Assembly (NCBI GenBank): GCA_976551045.1
Contig: CDPCPM010000026.1
Span: forward strand, 8,370,001 to 8,434,000
Length of the DNA stretch: 64,000 nt
Reading direction: 5' to 3'
From: Glaucostegus cemiculus
Lineage: Eukaryota
Within the stretch, counting starts at the first letter, position 1; every line of letters begins with the position of its first letter. Positions 25,181 to 38,800 of the stretch are shown here, one piece after another. The notes below the pieces were generated by a model. That model searched no databases and was not told the origin of the DNA. It saw only the letters and a program-made list of their open reading frames with translations. A program made the translations under genes and the position numbers.

Positions 25181-27759
25181 TACACTCTTCAGGGAAGTGC
25201 CTCATGCCAGGAATCTTTGCCTTCCCTTCTTCACAAGATGCTAGAAATATGCTTTTGGAAACTGTTGCTTTTATAAAGATATGGTCTACCCTTATACTCT
25301 GTTGAGTCAGTACACTATCCCGACTATTATCTTTCTCATTCTCATAATGGGAAAAGAGTCCCAGGTACCATTTCAGCTCATCCATCAAAGTCAGAGTAAG
25401 AAATGCACATCATTTTTAATGTCTCTTTTTTTTTAACTGAACCTATACGCTTTGTTGGCTGTGGGTTAGAGTGTGATTTAAAAATTAAGAATTGGATTCA
25501 GTCTGGAGACAGAAATAATGTTATTAGACAGGCCTGAAGCTTTATAAAGTTGTGTTAATATCTATTCAAGGAAAAGGCTTGGTGCCGACTATTGCTCTTC
25601 AGTGTTCACAGAGATGTGAGGAAAAATAATAATTCATCGAAGTTCAGGTGCAGTTTTGAAATATTGTCCAACCTGATGAAATTTCACTTTATCGAGAGCT
25701 GGTTGATTGAGCTGCTGGTGTACATTGAACTTGCAGACACAAAACGCGGGGCTATGTTAACATTTACAGAATACAGCACACATTATTTGAGCCAGCTGCA
25801 GAGAAAAACACATTAGAAGAAGATTATATGTTGCAGAAAGTCAAATAAATGAGAAGCTTGATGTATTAACAAAATAAGCACTGTACAAGAAATTGATAAA
25901 ATGCAATGAGAAATGAAAACTGCATTTTTGCACAGGAAGTATAAACAGGGTTGCAAATCTTGGTGTAAAAGTTCAAGACATGTTGAGAGATTATCATTTT
26001 GAGTACTGTGAGTAAAGGTTCATTCTATTTTAATGGAGTGTGAGTGGGTCCACAATAGAAATACAGAAACAAATTAAAGTTGTGGGTGGGTAGCATTTGG
26101 AAATCTAACTTAGACCATGGCATTGAGGAGATGATTTTATGTCTTGGGGAACAAACCTTCATTTTCTGCTGATATGCATTCAAAGTTTGGGTGGGAATCA
26201 TATCCTGGTCTCGTGTGTGACTTGAGAATTTATTTAGGAATGAGTTTAACACTTTGCTTGTGGTAGCTCACACAATTAATTAAAATAAAGTGATGTTTTG
26301 TTCACACTACTTAACATGATTAAAAAAACTCCAAACATAGCTGTTACACCAATAATGAGGTTTATAACTATGATTAGAAACTCTTTCTGTACTTCCTCAT
26401 TCTTTTGTATAATTTCTTCCTACAGTGCTCATTTTAAAATGAGCTTCTCATTTATTTGACCTTCTCAAGGTTCAGTGCCATATCTAATGTGTTATTTATT
26501 TTTGAGTTGTATATTTATTTATCATGCATTTTATGGTTATTGAAGATGTCTGTGTTGAAAAAAGACAAATAGTCTATTTGATTTATATCTATTGCTGGCC
26601 AACACAGGCATATATATAACTGGAGACCACCTGCATCTGCCCCAGTATATTCTTCCTGTTTTGCAAGTCTATTAATTCTGTTCTATGAACTTGTACCTGT
26701 ATATTTGAAAAAACAAACAAACTGGGGTTGGCAATGGAAAGTTACCTGAGTTTTGAGACTTCTACTCAGCAGAGGAAAAAAAATTATTTCTCCTTACAAA
26801 TAAAAAATGTCTGAACACAAGCTATAGTTACATAAGTTGATGAAATGGGTCCTATAGACTGGGACTTTTGTCCATTGACCATACTATAAATTATATATAA
26901 AAGTACCAGCCAGCATTTTACTTTTTTAATTCACCACATTCATTCTGGATTTCTTCAAACTGTCAATTGTTTCTTTGAGATGGTGGCATTTGGAATAATC
27001 ACAAGAACCTTCACTTAAGAACTGAACTGAACAAAAAAAAACTTGGGTTTTGCTCTACATGAGAACTACATGTCACACTGGATCTGCAGCAACTGCTACT
27101 CAGAACTCACTTGAGACCATATATAATGGATTATGAGTTTCTGTCTTCTCTAATATATCAAAAAATTATTTAGATTTCCCAAAGTAAGAATTATTATTGA
27201 CAGTGTGGATTTTTTAGTTCAAGAGTTGTATGTGGGAGATGCATGTTGGTAACTGGAGTGACTGGTGTGCCCTTCAAAGTTTAGGTTGTCCTATCGGGTG
27301 ATGTTGAAATCCACACGAATATGGAACTGTACTTGTATTGAATAGCAGGAGAATTTTGCAATGTATAGGGAAGGAATGGTACTTGGGGGGAACTGGAATC
27401 TGAATCGCATGTTTCCAGAGTCTGAAATGGGCAAAATCCTTGATAACACAGGTTTGATAGGCATCATATTGGGTGCTACAAAAGAAGAGCTTCATTTAAA
27501 CGTAACAGTATAGCCATTGTGCCTGACTTGGGAATGTTTCTGAAATTGATGTTCATGCATTCCTGTAATATTGCTTGATTCACCCACCAGTACATCATTG
27601 TAGTCAGTCCAGCAGAGAGTTTGCACAAGCTCTTGGATGCTTTTGACTTGCATTTTGGCTGGTTTTGATGCTGTTTATCTGTTTCAGTTATTTTGTAAAG
27701 CAAATGGCAAAAGCTCTTTTACAGGGTTTCCTTGTTCTTAATTACTGATGATTGGAATG

Positions 27760-28430
27760 ATGTTACCACTGAGGCTTCCGAATCAGGCAGAGCAGCAGCA
27801 TCATGGAGTGTAGCAAAGAGCTGCAAAAACCTCAGGAAAATAGTGACGGAGACGAAGGAGGCATCATAACCTGAGTATCTATAACCCTAGCCGTAGAAGG
27901 TGTACACGTGATTTTGCTTGTTTCTCATCACAAACCAATGCTGTTTTTAAGTGTTAAACGAACAGTTCAATTTAGGTGTGGTATGAAAAACAATCCTTTC
28001 AAGACTGTTCTTAGTTTTCTGATGGCAGTTGTCATATTTTAACCATGTGTCAACTCTCATTGGGTGTCTTTTGTCTTACCCATATTGTTGGTTGGTAGGA
28101 TGGCTACATTAGGACAAGACTATTCTCACATCAACTGGCTCATGCTGACTTGTCACGGACAGGGGTACAGATATAAAGCCTTGCCATGAAGAGAGCCATG
28201 CACCAACAAGGAGTCTGATGGAGCAAGTCATTGATGTCATTTCATTTAATGACTCCAGACAGCTGAAGGGGAAAGCTTCAGTACAGCTGAGATCAGATCT
28301 TAACAGTCAGCATTATTTGCTGCATGTCCAGAAACCTTGCTGTCCTATGGGACTGTTCATCTGTTGAAGAGGAAGAAGTGATGGAGGAAGATGAGTCAGA
28401 AGTGCCACACACTGCGGAAGAAGAGCACAA
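27760..28430 (+). mobile_element. PIF/Harbinger (HARBI1-like) transposase fossil
   Basis: Ordered motifs GSCH (28024), GWL..DK (28098), NWLM, EESHAPTRSLMEQVI (28188), GKLQYS and SIICCMSRNLA, then an acidic tract. Matches the Harbinger pattern GSCHD...GWLLGDKGY...WLMTP...YN..H..TR..IE...CC.LHN, with frameshifts. Confidence 0.75.
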
Positions 28431-28819
28431 ATAGCTGTAAATGTACTGGGCTGCTGGAGTTGTAAAACTGCATGTTAGTGAAGAGAGATTCTCTTCAACA
28501 ATACTTCCCCTGTCCAGAGCACCAACTTCTTTCTTTTAACCATCCTGACATCCATCGTATCAACTAAACCGCCAGTATGTTGCTGTCACATGAGTGCAGT
28601 TATGAAGAATAAAAGCTATTCCAAAACTTGGCACTTCTCTTTCCAACAGATGCCATCCTGAATGTGTGATCATCTATTCTTGTGCTCTGAGGTGCTAGCA
28701 TTTCTGATATTGAAGGCTGCTGAGCTTCTGTTTGTGCAGCTCATGGAGGATGACTCTGGCTATTGATGACCTTGTCACAGCGTGCAGGAACTTTGGGTTG
28801 GAAGGGGCAGTCTGGATGC

Positions 28820-29220
28820 TTTGACTGTCTGGCACCTGCAGCAAGTAATTAAGAAGGCAAATGGTATGTTGGCTTTCATAGCAAGTGGATTTGAGTACAG
28901 GAACAAAAGTAACATGCTACCATTCTGCAGGGCCTTGATGAGGCCACAGTTGGAGTATTTTGTGCAGTTTCGGTCCCTTCCCAAGAAAGGATGGAAACAG
29001 TGCAGTATAGGCTCACCTGACTGACTCCTGGGATGGCAGAGTTGTTGGATGAGGACAGATTAGGTCAACTGGGTTTGTATTCGCAAGAGTCTTGAAGAAT
29101 GAGAGAGGATCTAATTGGAACTCTCAAAATTCTAAGGGGTCTCAACAGACTGGATGTGAGGAAAAGGTCTCCCCTGGCTGAGGTGTGTAGAATGAGGGGG
29201 TCACAGTCTTGGGTCATAGG
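28820..29220 (+). mobile_element. CR1 LINE 3' coding fragment
   Basis: HLQQVIKKANGMLAFIASGFEYRNK...ALMRPQLEYFVQF. Confidence 0.9.
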
Positions 29221-29229
29221 TCAAAGGGC

Positions 29230-30175
29230 ATGGGGCACAATTGGTCAAAATAGGGTGAAGTCAGTGTGGTTTTGTTAAGGGGAGATCTTACCTGACAAAT
29301 CTGTTGGAATTCTTTGAGAGGTAACAAGCAGGTTAGACAAAGAAGAGTCAGTGGATGTTACTTAGATTTTCAGAAGGTTTTTGTCAAGGTGCTGCACATG
29401 AGGCTGCTAAACAAGGTAAGAGCCCATGGTGTTAGAGGCAAGGTACTAGCACGGATAGAAGTTAGGCTGACTGTCAGAAGTTGGAGAGTGGGGATAAAGG
29501 GGACCTTTTCAGGATGGCTGCTGGTGACTAGTGGAGTTCTGCAAGGATCAGTGTTGGGACCACAACTTTTCTCTTTATACATTAATGATCTGGATGAAGG
29601 AACTGATGGCATCGAAGCCAACTTTACAGACTATATCAAGGTAGATGGAGGGATGATTAGTGTTGTGGAGGCAGGGAGTTTGAAGAAGGACTTGGATCTG
29701 TTGGGAGAGTGGACAAAGAAGTGGCAGGTGGAATACAGTGTAGGGAAGTGTGGCATTATGCACTTTGGTAGGAAGAATAAAGGAACAGACTATTTTCTAA
29801 ATGGGAAGAGAATTCAGAAATTGGAGGTGAAAAGGGACTCGAGTCCCAGTTCAGGATTCCCTAGAGGTTAACTTGCAGGTTGAGCCAGTAGTAAAGAAGG
29901 CAAATGCAATGTCAGCACTCATTTTGAGAGGACTAGAACTTAAAAGCAAGGATGTACTGCTGAGGCTTCATAAGGCATTAATGAGAGCGCATTTGGGAAT
30001 ATTGTGAGCAATTTTGGCCCTGCAGAGGGTCCAAAAGTGGATCAGAAGAATGATCCCAGGAATGAAAGGCTTAACGTATGAGGAGCGTTTGATGTCTCAG
30101 GACCTGTACTCGATGGAGTTCAGAAGGATGGGGTGGGATCTCATTGAAACCGACCACATGCTGAAAGACTTAGAG
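29230..30175 (+). mobile_element. CR1 LINE reverse transcriptase fragment
   Basis: YLDFQKVFVKV.HMRLLNKVRAHGVRG...SGVLQGSVLGPQLFSLYINDLDEG...ANFTDY...WQVEYSVGKC.IMHFGRKN; frameshifted at both ends. Confidence 0.93.
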
Positions 30176-31119
30176 GGCTCAAAGATTTGATCATTTGCAC
30201 CTTGTAGACTGCCTGGCCTTGATGTGCACAAGTTGGACCTGTATTCCTCTATGCTCTTTGACATTATTCACAAAGTTGGCAGGCAGCCCAGTTCATTAGG
30301 AAGTCTCTGCAGATTGTCATCAGTCTGCTGTTTATGGTAGATCTATTTCCTGTTCAGTGGGACCAGGTGTCGAGCCCTTTCCTGCCCCTGCTCCAGGACC
30401 CACATTCTGGGTATATTTACAAATGCTTGCCTTGCCTTCCCTTGTAGCACATGGGACATCAGTTGCTGAAAATGTACTGTAATATCACATGAAGGTTCCT
30501 ATTCTGTAGGGTTGCTTCTTTCGGGGCCCCTGATACCTTTTAATGGTGGCTCTTAGTGATTGTGTTTCTGAATTTCCAACTTAAGGCACCCCAGTTGGAA
30601 CTTCCTAAAGTTCTACTGAAATAGGAAGAGGAGTTTGTCTTGTGGCACTAATCAAGAAAGAATGAGCAGACGTGAAAAAAGGCATAAGATGTTAAATAGA
30701 TATGGCAGTAGTTAGAGTAAGAAGATGAAAAGATATAGAGACTAGATAAAGGTATTTGGTTTGTGAATATGCTTAATGCAGATTTGATTTCTAGAGTGGC
30801 ATTTCCAAAATCACAATAAATTACATAATTGACATAACATCCCATCAAACTTTTCTTGACTGAAACTGTCAACACTGAGGCAATGTTCTTTGGTGTAATG
30901 TTTATTGATGATCATGTATTCACCAAAGGTGCTCCACCATGAAATACTGATGAGCAATCTTTTTCTCAATCCAGTGAGAGTGAATGGTAACATGTAACAT
31001 AAAAGCTGTCAGAATTTTTATACATGGGATGCATGTTTTCACTGAAAAATTAATGAGAAATAGATATTGGTTAAAGTACCAACATGCTGATGTTACATTC
31101 AGCTACAATACAACCTGCA

Positions 31120-31335
31120 AATACAGGAAACACTCAGCAGGTCAGGTAGCATCTAAGGAAAGGGAGGCAATTACCATTTCAGGTCAAAGACACTTCACGA
31201 GATTGGTTCAGATGGAAGGTCTTCAACCTGTAACATTAACTCTGCATCTCTTTCCACAGATGCTGCCTGACCCATTGAGTATTTCCAGCATGTTCTGTTT
31301 TTATTTCAGATTTCCAACATCTGCAGTGTTTCTGA
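31120..31335. mobile_element. Palindromic short element with two opposed hammerhead-like cores
   Basis: Arms ggaaacactcagcaggtcaggtagcatct and agatgctgcctgacccattgagtatttcc. Plus-strand core CAGATGG-A-AGGT-CTTCA-ACCT-GTAAC at 31209; opposite-strand remnant at 31176-31201. Confidence 0.8.
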
Positions 31336-31599
31336 TTTACGCTTGCCTGCTGCAGTTCGCTAAGATGTCTGCTGCTGGCACTTACATGGGTTTTAAATGT
31401 AAACTCTGCTGTCCACGTGCATTAAGTCCCCTTACCCAATCTCCACTGGCTTCTAATCCACTACCACCTCAATGATGAAATTCTGATCCTTGGGAGCAAA
31501 TCCATTTGTGGCCTCAACTCCAATTTAAAAGAACCATAAAAGTGCAGCTTCTTGGTTTGATGCTGATGAATAACTTTTTCAGGCAGTCACTCAAGTTCT

Positions 31600-32080
31600 G
31601 AATGACGAGATTCCACTCTAGTTCTGTAGGTCTTTGAGGTGTCTGAGAATCCCAGTTGGATCCCAGTCTCTGAGGCAGGAGGAGTTTGTTGGAGCAGATG
31701 GATGAGTTGTTTGGGGCGTTGTGATCTTCTGCTGTTTGTGTGTGTTCTCCGCATTCTCCCGTTGTATCTGCTTCAGGTGTTCAATGCCATCCCAGTTGTT
31801 CCTTCACAGGCTTAGAGTTCCCATGAGCTGATGAGGATGTTGCACTTTTTCAAGGAGGTTTTGAGAATGACCTTGAAATGTTTCCATTGTCCTGGACATC
31901 TCTTCCCATGATGGAACTTGGAGTGAAAGGGTTGTGTTGTGAATCGGTTGTGTCCCACCCACCAGAGCAGGTTGAGTGTGATCAGATCCTGGGTTGTTAG
32001 GCTGGGAGAGAATGTTGACATTGGTCCGCTCAACATCATCTGCGAAGGGAAGAGGGCTTTGGAGACACTGTGGTCGTGCC
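31600..32080 (-). mobile_element. RTE-clade LINE 3' fragment
   Basis: Minus-strand ORF LLWWVGHNR...FHSKFHHGKRCPGQWKHFKVILKTSLKKCNILISSWE matches the RTE C-terminal pattern LRW.GHV.R...YSEL..GKR..GGQRKRFKD.LK.SLK.C.I...WE. Confidence 0.82.
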
Positions 32081-33234
32081 CGTCTTCAAGAAAGGAAACC
32101 AATCTGATTGTGGCAGTTGCTGAAGGGTTTCCCATTGTTTGTCACAGAGAAATGTAACCACAACCATCTCTTTCCAGTGGACAGAGAGCCCTGCTCAGAG
32201 TCAGTGGGTATCTTGCCCATTAATTGGCACATTGGCTTTTTGTTTTGCGTGTGACAGATCAATAAAACGTCAGGAGCAGATGGTTCCATCAACAAAAGGG
32301 ATTGGAGACACTTCTTTCCAAATTTGTCTGTCAGCCTTTTTAAAAGAAAATTACTTTTTTACTAAATTGTTTGTGATATGTTTTTGGTAAACTGAAATGT
32401 TTCCAATCTTATTCCCTGCAGAGGGGCTGAAATAGCAATTGTAAGTTGTTCCTTGCTCCCAGCTCATGTACCTGGGAATTCCAAATGGCTCTGTGGGGGC
32501 AGGAAGGCCCTGGAGGCTCTGTAGGAATGAAAAGGTTAATTGTATTCATTAGCTATTCCAATGTTTTTCTTTATTTGAACAATGCCTGCCTTGTGAGTGA
32601 GCTGTAACTCTGAAACGTGAACTGGCTTTATAATCCAACCAGACCACGCACAATGTTGTAATCATCCAAGGTGAACTGCTGAAAGGAATGGAACTGCTCA
32701 CGCAGTGAGAAAGTGCTCCATTTGAGCTGACTTTGACGCAGAGTACTCGCATCATTTGACTGTGGAAACCGGTTTCTTTTCAAAGGGTGGGGCTCTTTAA
32801 TTATCTCTGCAGGTGAACAACACTGGTGTGGACGGCCAAATGTGGATTTTCTCAGCTAGATTATTTATCATACGGCACACTTTAATTTGGAAAGCACAAA
32901 ATGGTTTTGGTAATATTCATATGAGAAGATGCCAAATAAACACCTGGGGAGAAAGGAATAGAAAGATATACTGATGAGATTAGATGAAGAGGAGTGGGCA
33001 TGAGTTTATGTGGAATTTAAACATGTATGTCAACCAGTTGGCAAATGACCTTTTTCTGTGCTGTGCATTCCAAGCGAAACAGCAAAGGTTATTTGGGGGA
33101 ATTAATTATCATTCACTTTGTAAAAATTCAGTAATACTAAGAGGTGATCAGGCATCATTCAACTTCAGGACCCAGATGGGTCCCACTTTTATCTCTTTTG
33201 CATGATGTCGCATCAGTAATTTGTTTGAAGCACA

Positions 33235-33900
33235 TAGTTCGTACCCTTCATCTTTCTTCGAATTATACAGCACAGGAGAATATTTTAATCCAGTTTTAAG
33301 TGTGATGGCTCTCTTTCAGAGTTCTCCAGTTATTTCCACCCTCTGTTCTCTCTGCATGCTTTCTCCAAGTACTTATACAATTTGTTTTTGAAACTGCAGT
33401 GCATTCCAAGACATAACACTTCACCTCTGGTTCCTTTTGCAAATTATCTAAAATCTGTGTCCTAGCATCCATCCTGCAAGTAGAAAGAGTTTCTCCTTGC
33501 TTGTTCTACCAACATTTTTGACCATTTTAAATCCTTATTCTAAATTTCTACGTAATGTTCTCTGCTACAAGGAGAGCAAGCCCAGCCCACTCCTCTCCCC
33601 ATGTACCTGAAATCCCTTTTGCATGATGACAATGCAGTAAATCTTCCCTGACACTTGGATAGTTTTATCCAAGATTGGAAGTAATACCTAAGCAGAAGCC
33701 TAAATAGTACTTAAATATTCAGAGTAACTTCCTGGCTTTGGTATAAAACCAAAGATCCTGTTTATTGTTTAACAGTTTTCTAAACTTGACCATCCTAAGT
33801 TTTGTGTGCGTTTACGGCCAACTCTGCTCCAGCTCCCCCTAGCAATCTAGATTCATTGCAAATGGTTCAGGGGACTTTACAACTTTGAACCTTGATAGGT
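33235..33900 (-). mobile_element. Highly decayed CR1 LINE 3' end
   Basis: gaattatacagcacaggag tail and gttctctgctacaaggagagcaagcccagc, colinear with the 9308-10320 element. Confidence 0.6.
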
Positions 33901-35179
33901 TCAAGCACTTCCATTTGTTTTCCCTTGTCCAATTCCTCCATTGCATGTCAGCGAAGTACGGGCATCCCTTTGCCTCCACAAGATTTCTTTTTTGATTCCC
34001 CACTTGGCTGCACCTTCCTCAGACTAATTTTTTAGTTTGTGTAAAATAAAATTCTTTTGGCTTCCTTTCATGTCACATCTAATCTGCCAGTGCAGATATT
34101 TAGACTTTTTAAAAAGCAAATGGTTACTATAAGATGGACAGCAGCCACTTGTACATGAGAAAAAGCATTGTTCACAGAGCAATTTGCTCATCATAAGCAA
34201 TTTTAAAGTTTATGCTGGGAATTGATAACTACTTAGCTACTTTATTTTCCAAATAGATTTAATGTAAAATTATTTTACAGTACAGCAACCACATTTATTT
34301 GAATGCCAGTTATCTTTGTTCTGTACCTGGCATGTGCATTCAGTGGGTTTATGATATTAATTTTGCTGTGCAAGATTGATTTTATTGGAGGATAACATCA
34401 AGTCATAGAGAACCTATTGATGAGTTCAAAAATATCAGTGGGAAGAAGTGCTCTTTACTTCCTTAACCCTAATAAGGATGTGACGAACCAGGTCAAATAT
34501 GTGTCAAATGAATATAGGCTCCCCATCAACCTCTGCTGTGCTTTTGCTAAGAGAAACTTCTATTTTTAATAGACCATTGAGAAAAGATGCAACAAAGAGA
34601 GTACACAGGAGAAATTTTCAGCCTTGTTGCCTGAACAATACATTGCTATGAAATATGAAGTTCCATCTGTTACCTTAATTATTTTAGAACCAGCCCTTAT
34701 TTCTTCTCTTGAAGTTAAAAATGAACCACTTGATTGCTTTTTGTCTCTGAATTGCTATTTATCCGAGAAGGCAAATATTCATTGTTCATTGACCAGGATT
34801 GGAAAATGAGATCTTGGTAAATCTAATTACCTCAGAGGATTAAATTATTGAATGATGATCCATTAAGTACTGTGCAAGTATTTTACCTCTTTCATCTATT
34901 ACATTATAGTTGTTAGTGGTACTTAAATATTTAAAGGTTCAAGCTTTTAACTTTTAATATTTAATTTTAATTCCTTTGTGAATAATTATGACTTGAAGCC
35001 TGCAGAACAGTAAATAATTTTGAATATGGCCTAACCGAGATTTTGGGGAACGTTAAATACTGATTATTCTGAATCAATTTACAACTTGTATCTTTACCAA
35101 AGTTCTTTCACTTTCTCGACATTAATTTATTTAGTGGAAATGCCATAAAAGCTGCTCAATTCTGCAGACAAGACTCGCA

Positions 35180-35850
35180 TAATATAGAAGAGCACAGATT
35201 AATCAGAGGTAGTCAGCATGGATTTGTGAAGAGAATGTCATGTTTGATTGACTTGACAAATTTTTTGCAGAGTTAATGAGGACAGTTGTGAGGGTGGTGC
35301 AGTTGATGTAACCTATGTGGATTTCAGCAAGGCTTTTGATATGGTTCTATACAGCCCATGTTTACTTCTGGTCACCACATTACAGGAAAAAATGTGTCCC
35401 TCTCTGGAGAGGGTGCAGAGGAGATTTACATAGATGTTGCTAGTGTTCAAAATTTGTAGCAATGAGGAAAGCATACTTAAGCTGGGGTTGTTTTCTTCAG
35501 AACAGAGGAGACTTGGAGGAGGCATGTATAAATTTATGAAGGACTGACATAAAATAAATAGGAATTTACTCTCCTTAGCAGAGGGGTGAAAAACTAGTAG
35601 ATTTGAGAGAAGATAAGGATTTTTTTTACACCCAGAGGATCATAGGGGCCTTGGATTCCCTAGCTGCAAGGATGGTCGAGGCAGGAATTCTCATTACTCT
35701 TTGAACAGTACTTGCAGAGCCATGACCTGCATGATTGCGGATCTAGTACTGGAAAGCTGGATTAGGTTAGGTTGGCTTTTTTTCAACTGGCACATACATG
35801 ATGGGTCAAATAGTCTCCTTCTGTATCATAAATTGTCTTTCATTCTTTGA
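35180..35850 (+). mobile_element. CR1 LINE with internal deletion
   Basis: GSQHGFVKRMSCLIDL...AVDVTYVDFSKAFD joined directly to FWSP..RK...LERVQRRFT and the 3' tail. Confidence 0.85.
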
Positions 35851-38800
35851 AAACAGACAAAATGTAATCTATTCTAATTTGGCATTGTTTTAGAGTCTTA
35901 TGCATATTATGGTGAAGTATCAGCACTTTTAAAAAACGGATTACTACCAATGTTGTTCTACAGTATACTTAACAAAATTCATTGTAATCAACAAGTTAAT
36001 ACTGTAATGACACCATTGCAATTTACGATACCAGTTATCAAGTGAGATCTTTAAATGACTATTTACAGTACAAAACCTAACAGTAGACATGATCACAGTT
36101 TGCAGTTCACAAATATTTTCATTGACATCAGTTCGGAGATCTGCAGGGTTCAGTTGCAAGCCTCCATCCCAGTAGGTAACTACTTTAGCTGTTACTATAA
36201 TTACTCACCTCTTCACCCTTCCTGGCAGGACAACCATATCCTCTTTTATTGGGTCACACACTGGAGGATGTAATTCTTCAATTTTGCACAGCAATATGGC
36301 TTTAGGAAGTATGAAATAATCCAGCTAAACTGTTCATCTCCAAACAGTGTATTATCTGCAATTCTCTACGTTTCTTTCAAGGAAAATATTTTTTTTGCTT
36401 TTATATAAACTGCTTTTGATTTGTGGTCAGGACAAGTATTCTTTGACTGCATTAGTGGATTTTGGTATTAGCTTTCTTGTGCCGGATTGACTGCAGGTTG
36501 TAATATAAAATCACACTGATCTCATCAGTTAGAATAAAATAATTGTTAGGAGGAGGAAGAGCTCCCTCTTGGCCCAAACGTGATCAGGATGTTACCAGGC
36601 AGGTCAAATGTCTGCCTAATGAAGATGAATGAAGAAAATCTCCTTATGAGAGAGACATGGTGGGCATTCAGCCCAGGTTATTGAAAGTGTGATAGGAACT
36701 CTGACATAGCGTCACAGCTTCATTCATCACTGTCAAATTTGTGCTCAAACCATTCTTCCTACAAAAATCAGTCAAATGGTACAACACTAGTTTTAAAACA
36801 ACACTTGAATGTACTTCAATTAGTTGTTTAGGCACTTGAAAATCAGTGCAAGGATCAATGTAACTGATGGAACTTCACAGCCGTATAAAGGGTGTCATCC
36901 TGGTATTCATAACAAAAGAGCACAGGATATCCAAAAGATTGGCAGCATGCTTATTTATTTGGTGATTATTTTCTTCCATGGTTGTATGGGGGATGTGGAG
37001 GAGGAAGACTTGAACTTTATTAAATGCTTTCAGTCTTTCAGACAATTTGAGAAATGTCTTTTTTTTGTCTTAAGTACAGTAAGCTCAAATTTGTAACTGG
37101 CTATTTTCAGTCCAGTTTTACATAACCCATTTGCCATGTTGTCGAAGGCCACAACCTGCTTCATAATAATACCATTTTTGATAGTGTATGGAGTCTTTTA
37201 ATGATTGCAACCTCAAGAGAGATTTAGGGTTCTTTTAAAGTCTCAATAATCATATAACACAGCAGAGACGAGCAGTCTGTAAAGATTTGTTTAATGGCTA
37301 ATGTAGTTAAAACTATATTGCAATGTGGATAAATGCACTTCCACCACTTACCTAAAATGTATTTACATGAAACCAGCAAGCTGAATCAACACTGTCTGAC
37401 AGATCGAAGCAATAGAGAAACAGGTGTATAGAGTTTTTTTTAGAGCAAACACACAGGACAGATGTTTCTGTGGTTCAAATTAATTTGCTACAGTCATTCT
37501 GTTAATCTTTAGCAACTTGTTGATTGGCATTTTGTAGGCATATTTTTGGAAAACACCCAAAGCAGTTTGAACAGAGGCAGTGCATCACTGGCAGTAAAAG
37601 CATGCAGCGGGAGCACAAAGTAGAGTATTGTACTGGGAAAACAGCCAAGATTTAAATTAGACAATAACCTCTGATCTGTATATTGCTTCTATTCTTCAGC
37701 TGCAGGCAAAGTGATTTGTTTTAATATAGTCAGCCCTGTAGCATATAATAGACTGATGTATGAGTCATTGCTCAACAATATGTGTTTCTCAAATTTATAT
37801 AGATTGAACAACTGGTTTGTAATGCTTAGTTACAGTTGTGCAAACATTAACCAGGAACAGGATTGGAATGAACTTGCAAAAATCGGCCTTAGTGGAATAT
37901 TTCCTGTTGAAGCTGATGCGTAACTGTGTACGAATAATTGAATTATTAAAGTAGAACAGCAGCATCGACTTTTTATTTGTATTTGGAAACTTTCCAAGTT
38001 ATTTTAATTATCCTTACTTGTAAAATATAATTGGCTCTGAGACCAACATAATAATATTTGAATTATCCAGATTTTATGCTATTATATGATAAAATGTAAA
38101 TTTGCCTTTGATTAAATTTGATGTACTTTAATGGAAAGTAATTCTATGGTTCACAATTTGGAACTCTCTCCCCCTTGAGGAATTTTAAATTCACTGAAGT
38201 GAAGGATGTTAAAGTGGGTGTTTGTAATATTTTCCCAATGTAAATGTGAGAATTGAGCTTTGCTGGATGTAGTTACAAACGTGCTAATGAAGGAATACTA
38301 ATTTTCCCTTCCTGTGCCAAGCTGAGCTAAAATGAATTGGAATGGTTCCAAATACTGCCTGTTGGCTCCTCAAATTGAAAGGTCATGGTTGCACTTTGGC
38401 CTGAGATTATTTTTGAAAAGGTGCAGCCAGTAGGCAAGGTCTCAAGTTACTACTGTTACCCTCCATGTTTCAAATTTAGAATATAGGGCAACAATTTACA
38501 GTCAGTGGAGAGCTTATTTCTGACCTACAAGTAGAGATCATGCATGTCTTTCTTGGAAGCACCATTGAGAACCTGCTTCAAAGTGTTTGCTGCTAGCTCA
38601 GTGGCAGGCACCTTCTGCAAATCACATCATACTGGAGTCAGGGCAAGGATGCAAGTGCAGTGTATTTGCCACAATTGTGTGTGCAACCATTGGACTCTAT
38701 GGGGATGGTGGGGTACAATGTCAGGAATTCTCAATGAATAGCTGCCATCGAGTTGTAGAATTGTGTGTTCACATATGCGACTGTGGAATTTGCTGGCATT

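Noticed and set aside
29314-29871. 185-aa ORF as a functional reverse transcriptase
   Set aside because: CR1 fragment with the catalytic FADD motif mutated to FTDY and frameshifts on both sides.
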